DNA of 64,000 nt from Eledone cirrhosa (GCA_964016885.1 OZ024755.1:40920001-40984000); one strand, 5' to 3'; counted from the stretch's first letter, positions 28,145 through 41,365 are shown. The notes: generated by a model not told the origin, from the sequence alone. Numbers and translations: made by a program.

Positions 28145-29322
28145 ATTAGAAAAGACGCACACGAATCTGAGATGAGGAAGCCATCTCTAGACCATTGCTA
28201 GCAAAAAAATGAAGTAAACTTTTACACTAGAAACGAATTTCAGTGTAAGATTCTGATCATATTCACAGCGGTACCACACTATAAATGTGGTTGTGGTGCC
28301 TAAACTATGGTTCTGCTGCGAAAAGGGTTCGGCGAGGCCAACTGGCCTCTCCCTGCTCATAGTGGTGCCTCCCAGTTCCACACTGCAAAGGTGGCTGCGG
28401 CTCCCGAACTGTGGTCCTGCTAATTGTGGTGCCATCCAGTCCCAGGTTCCCAAGCTATGGTTGTGCTGTGAGAAGGGTTCGGCGAGGCCAACTGGCCTGT
28501 CCCTCCTCATAGTGGTGCCACCCAGTTCCAGGCTCCCGGACTTGAATGTTTTATGGACTATGATTTTTATACTTTAATATACGCCTGCGTGAAATTGAAA
28601 ATAAAAACAAACCCAAAGGTCTTCTTTAAATTTGCAAAAGAGACTGCCTCGGTACACTGCAAGAGTGGGCCACTTTTCTATAAAAATGGCTCATTGAGTC
28701 ACCACAAATGAGTCACATGCAAATAACAAAGCCAGAGGAATTCTTCGAAGAAATGATGACCATCAGTCACATAGATATAACAGAGGAAGATGTAATATCA
28801 GCCATAGAAGAAATGAGAGCAAACTCAGCTGCTGGACCTGATGGATTCCCAGTAATCCTCCTAAAAAGAAGCAAGCATGCCCTAGCAAGACCACTGATAA
28901 TCCTCTTCAGTAGTTCTCTGACCAGTGGTTAACTACCCAAATAACTAAAAGAAGGTATAATATGCCCTATCCATAGAGAAGGAATCGGAGCAGAGGCTAA
29001 AAAGTGCAGAGCAGTCTCCCTGACATCACATATCAGGGAATGAATGGTCAGAAAGAAACTGTTCACTTCCTCGAGGGAAATGACCGCCTAACTAGCACGC
29101 AGCATGACTTTCGCCCAGGAAAAAGCTGTCTTACACAGCTGTTATAAAACTATGACTTGGGTACTGAAACAACTGCTGGGCAGCTCACATGTGCAGCAGC
29201 AACGAACTCCCTCCTACACCAGTGGCCAACCAATACAGGCTGGAGATAGAACGTGTAGCAACAAGGACGATGCCCCAGCATGGCCTCAGCCGGATTGCTG
29301 GAACAGGTAAAAGAGTAAAAGA
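28145..29322 (+). mobile_element. CR1-group LINE, internally deleted and interrupted
   Basis: IKTNPKVFFKFAK, SAAGPDGFPVILLK, IICPIH..RAVSLTSHI, HDFRPGKSCLTQLL, then a jump to the same 3' end as 57380-57516 (..GGTAAAAGAGTAAAAGA). An insert at ~28191-28600 splits it. Confidence 0.85.
28296..28538. repeat. GC-rich modular repeat (two 84-bp copies 150 bp apart plus partial modules) in an insert within CR1
   Basis: AAGGGTTCGGCGAGGCCAACTGGCCT occurs twice; GTGGTGCC.CCAGT.CCA occurs three times. Confidence 0.85.
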
Positions 29323-29326
29323 ATAT

Positions 29327-29395
<69 letters not shown>

Positions 29396-29396
<1 letters not shown>

Positions 29397-30482
29397 CTAT
29401 ATATAAAACTGTAGTTGTCTGTGTGTGTGTCCTCATTTTTGCAAAGTCTATACAAATCCACATTTCTTCTCCGATTGACTTCAAACTTGCATTTATATAT
29501 TCCTTGCGGTCTAAAGATATTAACTGCAGCTTTTATTTTTCAATTTTCTGTTGTTAAAGGGGTGTTAGGCGCCGGATATATATCTCCGTCGCGCTCTTAT
29601 AATATCTGTCTGTATGCCTGGCTGTCTGCATTACGACATTCTGACGAACATTGATGACGTATTATGTTCGCTATTTTCCGTTCATTGCCAGGGAACATCT
29701 TCACGAACCAAAGTATCGTCTTCCTGTTTTTCTTTGATTGCAACGTTTTTCGAAATATTTACTTCTGCGTTCACAGATTGATTTTTTTAGTTTCACAAGA
29801 TCCCGTTAAGGGTGAAAGCAAAGATTCTTTGCTTAAACTTTAATCTGTTATTTTAATCGATATATGTATATATATAAAACTGAGGAAGTATGTATGTATG
29901 TATGTATGTATGTGGGGGGGGGGGATGAAACCCGAGAAGTACCCAACCGATTTTTTTCAAACTTTACACGTGTATTACTTGTTTCATGGAGTGTTATGCA
30001 CATAAAAAAATTCAACTTTTTGATCCCCTGGGGCCCGCATTAGGTGAAAAACTGCGTTTTTTTTCAGCTTTTTAGGGGTTTTTGGAGGCGTTACGTCAGA
30101 CCGATTTCCTTGAAATTGTAACTATGTATTAGTCAGTCTCTTCTTCATACCGTGAGCAAAGAAAATCCAACTATTTAGGGCCCGCATTAGGTGAAAAACT
30201 TCATTTTTTCAGCCTTTTAGGGCTTTTTTGAGGCGTTACGTCTAGCCGATTTTCCCGAAATTTCAAGACATAAAAAAAATTTATTTTCTTGATCCCCTAG
30301 GGCCCGCATTAGGTGAAACCTGCATTTTTCCTGATTCACCGAGGAAAATCTTAAAGATTATCCAGCCATCAGAGTATTCGGTTTATTTTCTTTACAGGCG
30401 TACAGTTTTTCCACGATTAGGTCTGTTGGCGGCCCGCGTTCCAAAATACCTTATCCCGTGCAACGCCGGGTACCACTGCTAG
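29396..30482 (+). mobile_element. Composite non-autonomous Helitron (5' ends at 29396 and ~29870)
   Basis: 5' TCTATATATAAAAC; 3' hairpin CCCGTGCAACGCCGGG then CTAG|T; GGGCCCGCATTAGGTGAAA occurs three times internally. Confidence 0.75.
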
Positions 30483-30508
30483 TATATATATATATATATA
30501 TATATATA

Positions 30509-31120
30509 GGCGTTCCTTACTTTTAGCGGTCGCAATAATGAAAGTAAATTTATTTTCATTTTCGAACGTCGTGTTTACATTTTGTGTGTGTGTTTAGATC
30601 TAAATTAGTTACTGAGATTAAAGACAAAATCAGAGCCTCTGTCGTTTTAACTGATTATATATATATATCTGTGCGTGTGTGTAGTTGACGGATGAGAGAA
30701 GAGTACTCAATACCGAAGTAATCTTGTAATGAGGCTTGCAGAATAGTGCCTCCGCCATTCTGGACGCTGCTGCCTTGTAGAAGTCCCAAATCGAAGCTCT
30801 GACACTCTCGTCCCCATCATTCAGCAGGGATTTTGCCAGGCAGCCGCATCATCTCCGATGGTTGGGCTTCCTATTCGGAAATTGAGGAAATTGAAGGTGG
30901 GATTTACGTTCATGATGTTGTGGTGCACGAACGGAACTTTGTAGATCCTGCGGACCCTGATGTGCACACACAGCTCATAGAGAACACATGGAGCCGTGCA
31001 AAGAAGAAGCTTCGTCGCCAGCATGTTTCCTTTAAACACACACACAAAATGTAAACACGACGTTCGAAAATGAAAATAAATTTACTTTCATTATTGCGAC
31101 AGCTAAAAGTAAGGAACGCC
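30509..31120 (+). mobile_element. Merlin (IS1595/ISXO2-like) DNA transposon, deletion derivative with 88-bp TIRs
   Basis: 30509-30596 and 31033-31120 are inverted with 1 mismatch and GG termini; inserted in (TA)n. Transposase fragment ILPGSRIISDGWASY...VHTQLIENTWSRAKKKLR. Confidence 0.9.
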
Positions 31121-31129
31121 TATATATAA

Positions 31130-31184
<55 letters not shown>

Positions 31185-31219
31185 TAAATATATATATATA
31201 TCAACATCTTAGAAGTTTT

Positions 31220-31678
31220 TTTGCCTTGGATTAGTAAGCATTATGATGCAAGTTGAGTCTTGTACAAGACTCAGCGCCACCCCATTCTTCAAAAGGAGTG
31301 CAAGAAGGTTTGAAGAAAGAATTGCCCATGTTTGTCCCTAAAGATATCTGGTCCTCAAGCTCGTGATTTTTTGCTATGGGGCACAGTTGAAGCAATATCC
31401 AACACAACTTATCACAAGTGTGTGTCTTCACTGATGGTTTCGATCAAGCGAGCATTCGGTAAAATGAAAACGGAAGAAATAGTTAAAGCATGCGCATCAT
31501 TTCATAAACAGATTAAACTGGTAAAGAGAGCAAATGGCGGTCATATTGAACTGAAATAAGTGATAAACACTCCACAATAAATTGGCAGAAACTTAATATT
31601 TACAGTGTTTGATTTTTCCGAGTTATACCAATCATAATAAAGATATTTAAATGGTTCCAATTTACCTGTTACACCCTG
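31220..31678 (+). mobile_element. Tc1/mariner (DD37D/maT-like) transposase 3' remnant with right TIR
   Basis: QDSAPPH..KDIWSSSS..DFLLWG..KACASF..ANGGHIE*; ends ACACCCTG|TA. Confidence 0.8.
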
Positions 31679-32290
31679 TATACATGCGCGCGCACGCACA
31701 CACGCACACACACACCACACACCACACACCACACACACACACACACCACACACACGTATACATATCTATATATATCTGTGTGTGTGTTTGTAATGAGGCC
31801 AAAGTCCAAAAATCAGTAAAAACAAAATTTAAAAAAATGTTTGTGTGTATTTGTATTTAAGCGTATCCAAGTGTGTGCTGATGCGTGTGCTGATGCGTGT
31901 GCCTGTGTATCCGTCTGCGTAAATGTCATGGTTTGTATATGTGTACTTATGTATATCCAAGTGTGTGCCAATATGTTGGTTTCTGTGTGTTGTAAAGTTA
32001 ACATGACATTTTGCCAATATTTCAATATTAGAAAGAATTAGACAAGACTAACACAAACATGAGAAGGTGAAAAATTGTTAGTAAACAGTGTTTATCTTTG
32101 CCGTTACTGGCAACCTTTAGTCGTCAGCTTATAGAAATTAATGTGGGTGTGTAAATACACACACACACACAGACACACACGCATATATATATATATATAC
32201 ATGCACACATATATAGAGAGATGAGGTTTTACTAGCACTTTGTACTCCATACATAAGTGCATGTGTGTGTGTACACAGACACATACACAC

Positions 32291-32356
<66 letters not shown>

Positions 32357-32614
32357 TTCCCGAGTGGTGTCGAGGAAGGTAACCACATCTGAAAAAAGTA
32401 CTCAGTAGCTGGCTAGAGTCTAGATGTCTTTATTATATGTATATTTGTGTGAGTGTATGTGTGCCTGTTCGTTTATATTTATATTCTCATACCGTTAAAT
32501 TAACTGTTAATACATTAGCTTATATTTAGTTAATTTACACTGCGTACAAAAACAGGAATTAATATATACTTCTTTTGGATGTTGATACTTATTTGTTTAC
32601 AATATTGAAAGAAA

Positions 32615-33066
32615 AATGCCTTTATTCCCAAAATCCCTCTCATATCTACAGCTGTTCCATTTGAATTTAAGAGGCTTCAGTTTCCAGTCCAACTATGTTT
32701 TGTTATTTCAATTAACAAATCTCAGGGTGAATCCCTCAAGGTAGTTGGACTTGACCTCTCTACTATATGCGTCTTCCACGGTCAACTCTGTGCTGGTTGC
32801 TCACGGGCTGGAGGCAGCAACAATTTATTCCAATTTGGACACCAACAAAGAATTACACAATGAATATTGTTTACTCTGGGTTGGTTCAAGATTGACAGAA
32901 GTTCATTTCTAAATTTTATTATCATTACAATTTTGATTTCTTTTTTTTTTAATAAAATATAGATATTTTGAAATAATTATGAGAAAATAATATATCTTCA
33001 AATTTATTGTTTACTAATCTGAATAAGAACAGCAGTAACCCGGGCAATGCTGGGCCATACAACTAG
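32615..33066 (+). mobile_element. Helitron 3' end with RepHel (PIF1-like helicase) C-terminal fragment
   Basis: FIPKIPLISTAVPFEFKRLQFPVQLCFVISINKSQGESLKVVGLDL..FHGQLCAGCSR (helicase motifs V/VI; not in the ORF track), NIVY terminus, hairpin CCCGGGCAATGCTGGG + CTAG|T. Confidence 0.9.
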
Positions 33067-33125
<59 letters not shown>

Positions 33126-33199
33126 ACTGGTGCTCTGAAATAGCGATGTATATTTGAATGTACGTATTGTGTATTTAATAATATACTATATGTTTATTT

Positions 33200-33262
33200 A
33201 AAATATCCAGCTTGTTCGTCAGACAAAATAATTATTTGTCTGACAAACGAGCTGGATATTTT
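33200..33262. repeat. ~28-bp-stem hairpin in a short unique island between (TA)n tracts
   Basis: AAAATATCCAGCTTGTTCGTCAGACAAA..TTTGTCTGACAAACGAGCTGGATATTTT; two non-Watson-Crick positions. Confidence 0.85.
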
Positions 33263-33330
33263 CTTGAAAGAATAATCTAGTCTCTTGAAACCTTCCGTAT
33301 TGAAATAATTAAATTGTGTTGTGTATTATG

Positions 33331-33431
<101 letters not shown>

Positions 33432-33577
33432 AAATGAGAGAGAGTGTGAGAAAAAATGAAGGGGTTAATATTTAAAGAATAGATCACTGAATATGTTAAT
33501 TAGAAATGATTATACGGTGAGATAAACAAACTATGATAGTCACTGGGAGACGCCGGTTTTAGATGATTTCCAATGTG

Positions 33578-33629
<52 letters not shown>

Positions 33630-33801
33630 CAGAGACACTCACACACACACTACAGAGACACTCACACACGCATAAACACACGCACACACATGTACAAATA
33701 TTGAGGTTTATCTTATTCTCTCATTTAAGTATCTATACTATAACAAAGGGAGGAGTGCGAGACAGTGTCCAAAATAAGTTGGATTACTCTGAATAAATAA
33801 T

Positions 33802-33986
33802 TGTTTCTACGTTTGGCACAAGGCCAGCGAATACCAGTGTATTACTGGTACTTTATTTTATCGACCCCGTAAGGATGAAAGGCAAAGTTAACCTCCGCGG
33901 GCATTGAATTCAGAATGACAAGGGCGGTAACTCTATGTGTCAAAGCATGGTGCCCGCCCTCTACCGATACTGCCAATCCACCACCC
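33802..33986 (-). mobile_element. tRNA-derived SINE with 18-bp TSD
   Basis: TTACTCTGAATAAATAAT at 33784-33801 and 33987-34004. Confidence 0.92.
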
Positions 33987-34259
33987 TTACTCTGAATAAA
34001 TAATGAATGGATATTATGTAATTTAACTACTAAATTTCGTAGCTCTTGATTAAACATAAGTATTCTTATTTTAAGATTCACTTCTTTAACATTTTCAAAT
34101 GTCAACACTTCCGGTTAGCGCCAAGATATAATGGGTTATAACACTTATCACATCGCTTATGTAAACGTTCTTATATTTGCATCGTTATATAAGGTTTATA
34201 TTTCCGTCGCTAATTTTCTCCTTTTTCATAACATTTTAGTTTATTATATATGCAGTTTA

Positions 34260-34918
34260 GGCATACGTCAAAACGGCCGGTCGCAAAAGTGAAACTAATT
34301 TTTGACGACAGTTACGTACGTCATTACCTTCAATTTGGTAGAGATCGACGAATCAAAATACTTTCATAGAAAGTATCATCGTGGCCAGTGGAGACAAGGC
34401 CACTGGGTCTTCGGCGCTGTAGAACGCCATTGTGGACGCTGCTGCCTCATCGAAGTCCCAGATCGAAGCCGTGAGACTCTTGTCCCCATCATACAGCAAT
34501 GGATTTTGCCAGGAAGCCACATCATGTCCGATGGTTGGGCTTCCTATTCGGATATTGAAGACATTCAAGGTGGCATTTGCCTCCATGATGTTGTTGTGCA
34601 CCAACGGAACTTTGTAGATCCTGAAGACCCTAATGTGAACACACAACTCATAGAGAACACATGGAGCCGTGCAAAGAAAAAGTTTCGTCGCCAGCATGGG
34701 ACAAGCGATGCTTTATTCCCCTCATATCTAGCTGAATTTCTTTGACGGCAGAGAGTTGGTGCCAACAAGTTTGGCGAGATGATCAACTGTATTTCAGCTA
34801 TTTATAGGGTGTAATAAGGATTTTCATAAGGTACGTCAATTTATAAATTGACAGTAATGACGTACGTAACTGTCAAAAATTAGTTTCACTTTTGCGACCG
34901 GCCGTTTTGACGTATGCC
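34260..34918 (+). mobile_element. Merlin (IS1595/ISXO2-like) DNA transposon, deletion derivative retaining the DDE core
   Basis: ~65-bp TIRs GGCATACGTCAAAACGGCCGGTCGC..; 9-bp TSD TGCAGTTTA; VEIDES..RKYHRG..WVFGAVER..MSDGWASY..NTQLIENTW. Confidence 0.95.
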
Positions 34919-34930
34919 TGCAGTTTATAT

Positions 34931-35034
34931 ATAATTGTTTCTACTTTAGGCACAAGGCCAGCAATTACCCAGTGTATTACTGGTACTTTATTTTTATCGA
35001 CCCTGTAAGGATGAAAGGCAAAGTCAACCTCGGC
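34931..35034 (-). mobile_element. 5'-truncated young SINE
   Basis: 3' half of the family consensus. Confidence 0.85.
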
Positions 35035-35269
35035 ATAATATCGTCTTTTTTAAATGTGTCATGGATTACTTTACTGATTACAGAAGAGAGTGTAACACAG
35101 ACTTCGTTCAATTTTTGTGAATATTGTCAATTACGATTTTATTTGACGTATAACAACCACATGCGTATATATTTTATTTTATCCACATGTATATATATAT
35201 TTGCGTATAATATCAATATACACACTACACATGCTAGCAGAAAACCACCCGAAAGGTGGGTTTTTTTGC

Positions 35270-35550
35270 TAGTCAATGAGCTGTACGGGAGCCTCCCAAA
35301 AGTCAGCTCGAAAGTGACATAGAGGAGACTGATGTTAGCTGGACATGTTCACCGACATCCAGAGTTGACACTGCACTCAGTGCTCCTGTGGGAGCCCCTG
35401 CATGGACACACTGGAAGAGGAAGACCGAGGTTAACATATGTTGATGCCCTAAGGACAGACACAGGTCTCTTGGAGATGCAGGACATGGCAGCGATAATGA
35501 GGGACAGAGACCGCTGGATCTCGGGAATTTTACCGGCCCTAGATAGATAG
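35270..35550 (+). mobile_element. RTE-group (RTEX/Proto2-like) LINE 3' fragment
   Basis: NELYGSLPKVS..RRLMLAGHVHRHPEL..LLWEPLHG..GRGRPRLTYVDALRTDTGL..MRDRDRW. Confidence 0.8.
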
Positions 35551-35752
35551 AATGCGCCTATGACATTCCTTTTAAACCCTTTCTTTTGTTGGTGTGTATT
35601 GTACTCTGTTTAGTTCTTTGATTTCTAATCATTTGTAAGTCGTTCATTTACTTCCCTTATCAGTACATCAGTGTTCTTAATCAGTGTTCTTAATCAGTGC
35701 ATGTGTTCTTAACTAATTATCCTCTTTTCATCATGACCTGACGTATTTTCCC

Positions 35753-35801
35753 CAGCCCGCTGAGTGAGGAGTCTAATAAGATTGAAATATGTACGGAGTT
35801 G
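35753..35801 (+). ncRNA. Degenerate hammerhead ribozyme
   Basis: CCG CUGAGUGA GG-AGUCU AAUA AGAUU GAAA UAUG UA CGG; one extra core nucleotide and a broken stem III palindrome. Confidence 0.45.
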
Positions 35802-36514
35802 TCTTTCGTACTCGCAGGAATGATTAAAATATTATTAGCTAATATTTTCTTTTGCTCACAGCCTAAATATTTCTAACTAGATTTGTAGTGCTCACTGCAT
35901 TAAATATTTCAGACGACAGTGACTAATCTACTTAGTATTTCAACAGTTTAGTTATTTATTTATTAGTTAGTTCGAAAATAAACAAGAAAAATAAATAAAA
36001 GAGAGACTTGGAGTTTAGATGTATGAGAACAGCTCCCAGTCTTTCTGGTGAGAGGGGCTAGGGTGTGGAGAGATTAAGACAGTTGGTGTCTGGTTGGACT
36101 TTGTACTTTTCAAAGCCATTTCATTGATGGAAACACTATAGGCTATGAAAGAACTACATGTCTGGGAATGAAGAATTAAATAAAAAAAGAAAATAGGGAG
36201 AGGAGGTTGGTTAACATTTAGGGAACTAGGAGAAGAAAGGTGCATATATTGGGATAGTTTTTAGTATATATTTTAAATTCTTAATATCATGCACTTGTGA
36301 ACATTAGAGTTGCTATTTATATATAGGGTTCCAATGGCCCTGTCACTGACTCACTGCGTTTCCGGTGTTGAGAATGACAGGAGAGAGAGAGCGGGGGGGG
36401 GGGGGGCTATGCAAATTGGGCGGAAGAAATACTACGAAGTATTTCTTGTCGCCGCACCGATTTATGTGAAGTTTCCTCCTGGTGTGATAATGTTTGCTGA
36501 TAAACATGTGGCTG

Positions 36515-36830
36515 TTGGACCTCCGTCGGTTACGACGATAACTGGTCCAATAATGGAACCGCCAGGTTATGAAATTAACGTGTAAATGACTTAGCATACC
36601 ACAGACACGTGTACCCTTAATGCAACTGTCATGGAGACTTAGTATTACACAATGTGTGACAAGGTTAGCCCTTGGGATTACATGTACAACTCTCTTTTGT
36701 CATCTGAATGGACTGAAGCAATGTGAAATAAAATAACTTGCTCAAAGACAAAATGCACCACCGTGAATCGAACTCACGACCTTACGATTGTAATCCGAAT
36801 AACCTAACCACTTAGCTAGGTGTTTTCACA
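36515..36830 (-). mobile_element. Old tRNA-derived SINE (second family)
   Basis: Head TAGCTAAGTGGTTAGG..GTGAGTTCGATTC followed by GTCTTTGAGCAAGT; the body (CACAGACACGTGTACCCTTAA) recurs at ~20780-20890, 27720-27990, 39130-39290 and 60670-60820. Confidence 0.7.
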
Positions 36831-37262
36831 ACAAAGCTAGACAGAAAGCATCATTAACCTTTATCCAGAAATTTAAAGATACAAGATGATGACATAGAAA
36901 GGAAACTGGGTCACGGTTTCGCTTCACTGCAGCTCACTTCTCTATCGTGTATGTTAATTATTAAAATAGACATCCAGAAGTTATGTTATCAAACGCAAGG
37001 AAAGTTGAATTTCTAAGATAGCAAAGATACGACCTTAATTTTGAATGGTAACGAAGAGCCAAGAATTTCAGGCTTTCAATATATAATGTGTTTGAAATAT
37101 TTGTAAAATAAATGTCAAACATATATCTTGTAAATTACTAAATTTAATGTGGCTGCTGTTTTTTTTTTTTTTAAATACACTTGACCTTTTAGTGACTGTT
37201 ACTGTGACGTCAGTTCTGTAACAACCCAAAAGATGTAGTATCGTATTTTAGTAGTTATTTTA

Positions 37263-37654
37263 CAAGGGTAGGCTGTAAAGTTCATAGACCTAAAAGGTTC
37301 ATAGGCTGACCAAGATACTCTCATGGAATGACCAAATGAGGTTTATTTTTCAAAGATAGTCATCGTAAAGAAACAATGCAAGTTAATAATTGTTTCTACT
37401 TTTGGCACAAGGCCAGCAATTACCCAGTACATTACTGGTACTTTATTTTATCGACCCCGTAAGGATGAAAGCAAAGTTAACCTCGGTGGGATTTGAACTC
37501 AGAATGGCAAGGGCCGTAACTCTGTGCGTCAAAGCATGACGTCCGACCCTCTACCGATAATGCCAATCCACCGTTGAAATGAATGCATGCAGGATTTCAC
37601 AGCTCTAGCATCACTTCTTCATAGTCAGCCGATGAACTGTTCAGCCTACGCTCG
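37263..37654. mobile_element. mariner-like MITE with nested young SINE (37384-37573, minus strand)
   Basis: TA|CAAGGGTAGGCTGTAAAGTTCAT ... ATGAACTGTTCAGCCTACGCTCG|TA. Confidence 0.75.
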
Positions 37655-38184
37655 TATTACCTTACCCCCTACCTCTGCCTAAGGGTGGTAACACTGGACA
37701 CAAAATCTTTTAAGTATGAATCCTAACGAGGTCAACTTATTTTTTCCTGACTTGATAAAAAGTGGAGATTATATGTCTCTCTAGGACGGTGGGTTGACAC
37801 TATCGCTGGAGTGTTGGACAACATCCTTTGCGGGATATAGTTACGGCCCTTTACATTCTGAGTTCAAATCTCACTGAGGTTAGCCTTGCATCTCATGATT
37901 ACGTGGTCGATAAAATAAAGTATCAGTAATGCACTGGGGTCCATTTTATTGACTTACCCCCAACACCGTGTGTCGAAATCAGAAACTGTTATATGCCTGT
38001 CTACAAGAACTGTACTAAACGCCGAGATAGAATGGGTTATAATATTTTATATGCTGAGTTCGAATCCAACTCGGGTGGATATTGCTGTCCATTGTTCAGT
38101 GGTCGTTAAAATAAGTAGCAACAGATGATTCAGAAGCTCTCTACATTCCAGAACCACATCACGAGACTTATGACTGGCAAGTAG

Positions 38185-38500
38185 CTCAGCATCCGTATCT
38201 GTATCAGTGAGCTGCTCAACATTACCAGACTTAGACCAATTACATCAATTGTCAAGTCAAGAGTACTCAAACTATACGGTCATATAAAAAGATCAACTCG
38301 TGGTGTGAGTAGGTTATGTCTGGAAGGAAGTTTGGCTGGTAAGAGAAGCAGAGGCCGGCAGCCAAAACGATGGCTTGACAATGTCAACTTATGGACTGGA
38401 CTTGAACTCTGCTGCTGGTGATGGAACTTTGTGGAGAAAATATGTCATGTTGATGCGCATTCTGCAACAGCCGGAGTTTAGCGTCACAAGAGACAAGAGA
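38185..38500 (+). mobile_element. RTE-type LINE 3' end
   Basis: RVLKLYGHIKRS..LEGSLAGKRSRGRQPKRWLDNVNLWTGL. Confidence 0.8.
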
Positions 38501-38974
38501 GATGATTCTTATTTAAAACCACCGTAAAAGAAATTTCAGTAATAGTGAAAGGTTCTCTCCGACTGCGCAGTCCTTGAGCGAACACCAACTATGTTTGGAT
38601 CGAACAAAGTCTTGTTGTAAAGCACTCCTGGTCGTTGGGTGCTTTAGCTGAGTTCATTCTTTTGCATTGAAACCAGTCTTGAAGGTCTGGAAAGAGCCAT
38701 GCGTACAGACTTTCCTCTACAGACTAAGCTATTACGAATATTTGTCCTAAGAACCTTTGGGTTCTTGCTGGGGTAAAAGAAACCTGTATTTATTAAAGAC
38801 AGTGGATTGACAGTAATAATAGAATAGAGCGCGCTATACCTTGTGCTATCCAGTTATACCGTTATTCCGATAGTTTATGGATGCAGCCACAGACATCTGG
38901 GTATAAAGTTACTTTCCTGTCACGGGGTTTAACTCCATCATATCACGTTTAATGTACTCCATTGTAACTATATC

Positions 38975-39290
38975 ATGAAGGAGTTCACTTCCCAATCATT
39001 AGGTTCCAGGTTCGACCCACTGCGTAGCATCTTAGGCAAGTGTCATATCCAATATACTCGAGCTGACCCATGCCTTATGTGTGAAATCGGGTTGACGGAA
39101 ACGGGTGGGAAGCCCGTCGGGTGGACTGTAGCTTTGTCATTCACTGTGCCACGCCGAATCTCCCTGCGAATTATGTTAAGGGAACACGTGTTTGTAAAAT
39201 ACAGGGCCATTTCCCTGTTAATTTAACGAGATTTTCTTGTTGACCGAACAGCAGGAACACCCATCGTCGAAACCGACAGAGGTCCGTCGA
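38975..39290 (+). mobile_element. Old tRNA-derived SINE
   Basis: GGTTCGACCCACTGCGTAGCATCTTAGGCAAGTGTC..GACGGAAAC..GAAGCCCGTCG plus the shared 3' body. Confidence 0.65.
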
Positions 39291-39483
39291 TTAAAGGACT
39301 TATACGTGATATTCGGTCTGTAACTAATTCTAGCTATTACAGTAGTATTAAGGCACAACAGAAGGTCAGGGTCACTGCCCCCCCCCCCCACACACCCATG
39401 AAGTCCTTAAAGAACAGTTAAATCTCTTTATCTTCTGAATTATACATTCATCTTTCCAAGGTCAATAAAATAAGGTCAAGTAC

Positions 39484-39558
<75 letters not shown>

Positions 39559-39824
39559 AGACACATAGACACACACACACAGACACACACACACATACAT
39601 ACACACACACAAACAGAGCTGCAAAGACATACATGCACACACACATTCACACACAGCTGTAAATACATACACACAGAGACACACACAGCTGCAAATACAT
39701 ACACACAGAGACACACACAGCTGCAAATACATACACACACACACACACATAGTCATATATATACACTGACATACACAGTCATATATATATATACACTGAC
39801 ATATATACACAGTTATATATATAC

Positions 39825-39891
<67 letters not shown>

Positions 39892-40407
39892 TAAACGGAA
39901 TAGAAAATGCTGACAAATTGTTCACAGTGAAAAATAGTTTAATTAGGAATAAATGAGAATTAGTAATTGTATTGGTTAGTAAACAGTTTTGGTTTTAAGT
40001 TTTACCGGTTGCGCATTTCTAAATGCTTTTCAAAAATAATTTTGAGATAGAGCGTCCGTGATGCTTGCTCTGATCTGATTAGTTTTAGGAATTCTACCTG
40101 TTTTTATGTTAAAAAAGTGGCTCCAGCGCTATTAAAATTGGTTTTTTGCGCCAATTCGTGTTGCAAAAATTCTTGTGGTCAAAACAATTTTGATTGGTCA
40201 GTAGAGGTCATGTGAATGTAAAAAATTGATTTTGCGCTAAGACTGAGAAATGACTCTTTCACAACAAATATGTGTGTGTGTGTGTGTAGTAGTAGTAAAG
40301 TGTTCGTTGTTGTGATAATGGTTACCAGGGATGTGTGTGCGAACAGCAGCCTGTTGACAGTTCAAATGCCTATTAAGACAAGTGTGTGTGTGTGTGTGTG
40401 TGTGTAT

Positions 40408-40650
40408 AGCAGAGTAATTCGTGGTAGAGGGATGGTCAGTAGGAATGTGTCTGTAAGTGAGTGGGGGATATTTTAACATGTTAAAAGATATTTTTCAGCT
40501 CTTGTCTTATACGGAGAAGTGTGTGTGTGTGCGTGTGTGTAGCAGAGTAATTCGTGGTAGAGGGATGGTCAGTAGGAATGTGTTTGTGAGTGGGGGATAT
40601 TTTAACATGTTAAAAGATATTTTTCAGCTCTTGTCTTATACGGAGAAGTG
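40408..40650. repeat. Tandem duplication (~130 bp x2)
   Basis: AGCAGAGTAATTCGTGGTAGAGGG...TATACGGAGAAG repeated, bounded by (TG)n. Confidence 0.9.
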
Positions 40651-40892
40651 TGTGTGTGCGTATAAGTCTCTTTGTATGTTAATGTACGCGTGTGTATGTG
40701 TGTGTGTATATATATATGTGTGTGTGTGTGTGTGAGAATGTGTGTGTGTGGGTGGACCAGTATTTTTTTCCCTGGTAAAATGGTGTACATTATTCGATAT
40801 TTTCAATAAAATCGATTCTCTCAATAGAACATCAAAAACCTTAACAATAAAAGGTGTGAAATGATATTCACTATATATATACACACACATAT

Positions 40893-40935
<43 letters not shown>

Positions 40936-40994
40936 TTTTTGTGTTGCACCATAGAACATGTGTGTTTACGTATGTCATTGTGTTTATATGTGGG

Positions 40995-41270
40995 TATGAC
41001 ATGTTGGCATTATCTTTAAATTTGTAGAGGGGAAATATTCTGAAGTTGGGATGATTTTGGGCAGCACAGGTATCAATGTGTTCACTCAGTGGTATTTTCC
41101 TGTATTCCCGTATTTTAATTTGGGATCTATGGACAGTCATGCGTTGGTGGAGGCTGTTTTTGGTCTGGCCTATGTATTGTTCTCGACAACCTGAGCAAGT
41201 TAATACATATATTAGATTTTCCGATGGACATGTGAAATTGTTTTACTATAAAACGTTGTCCTTCTTTGAA
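40995..41270 (-). mobile_element. Penelope-like element GIY-YIG endonuclease fragment (Neptune-like)
   Basis: [49 protein letters not shown]. Confidence 0.85.
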
Positions 41271-41300
41271 ATATATATACACTGACATATATATACACAG

Positions 41301-41354
<54 letters not shown>

Positions 41355-41365
41355 TGACTACGCAG

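Noticed and set aside
32085-32135. Minus-strand hammerhead (CUGACGA..UAAA CACUG UU)
   Set aside because: GAAA is mutated and stem I does not pair; at best a decayed relic.
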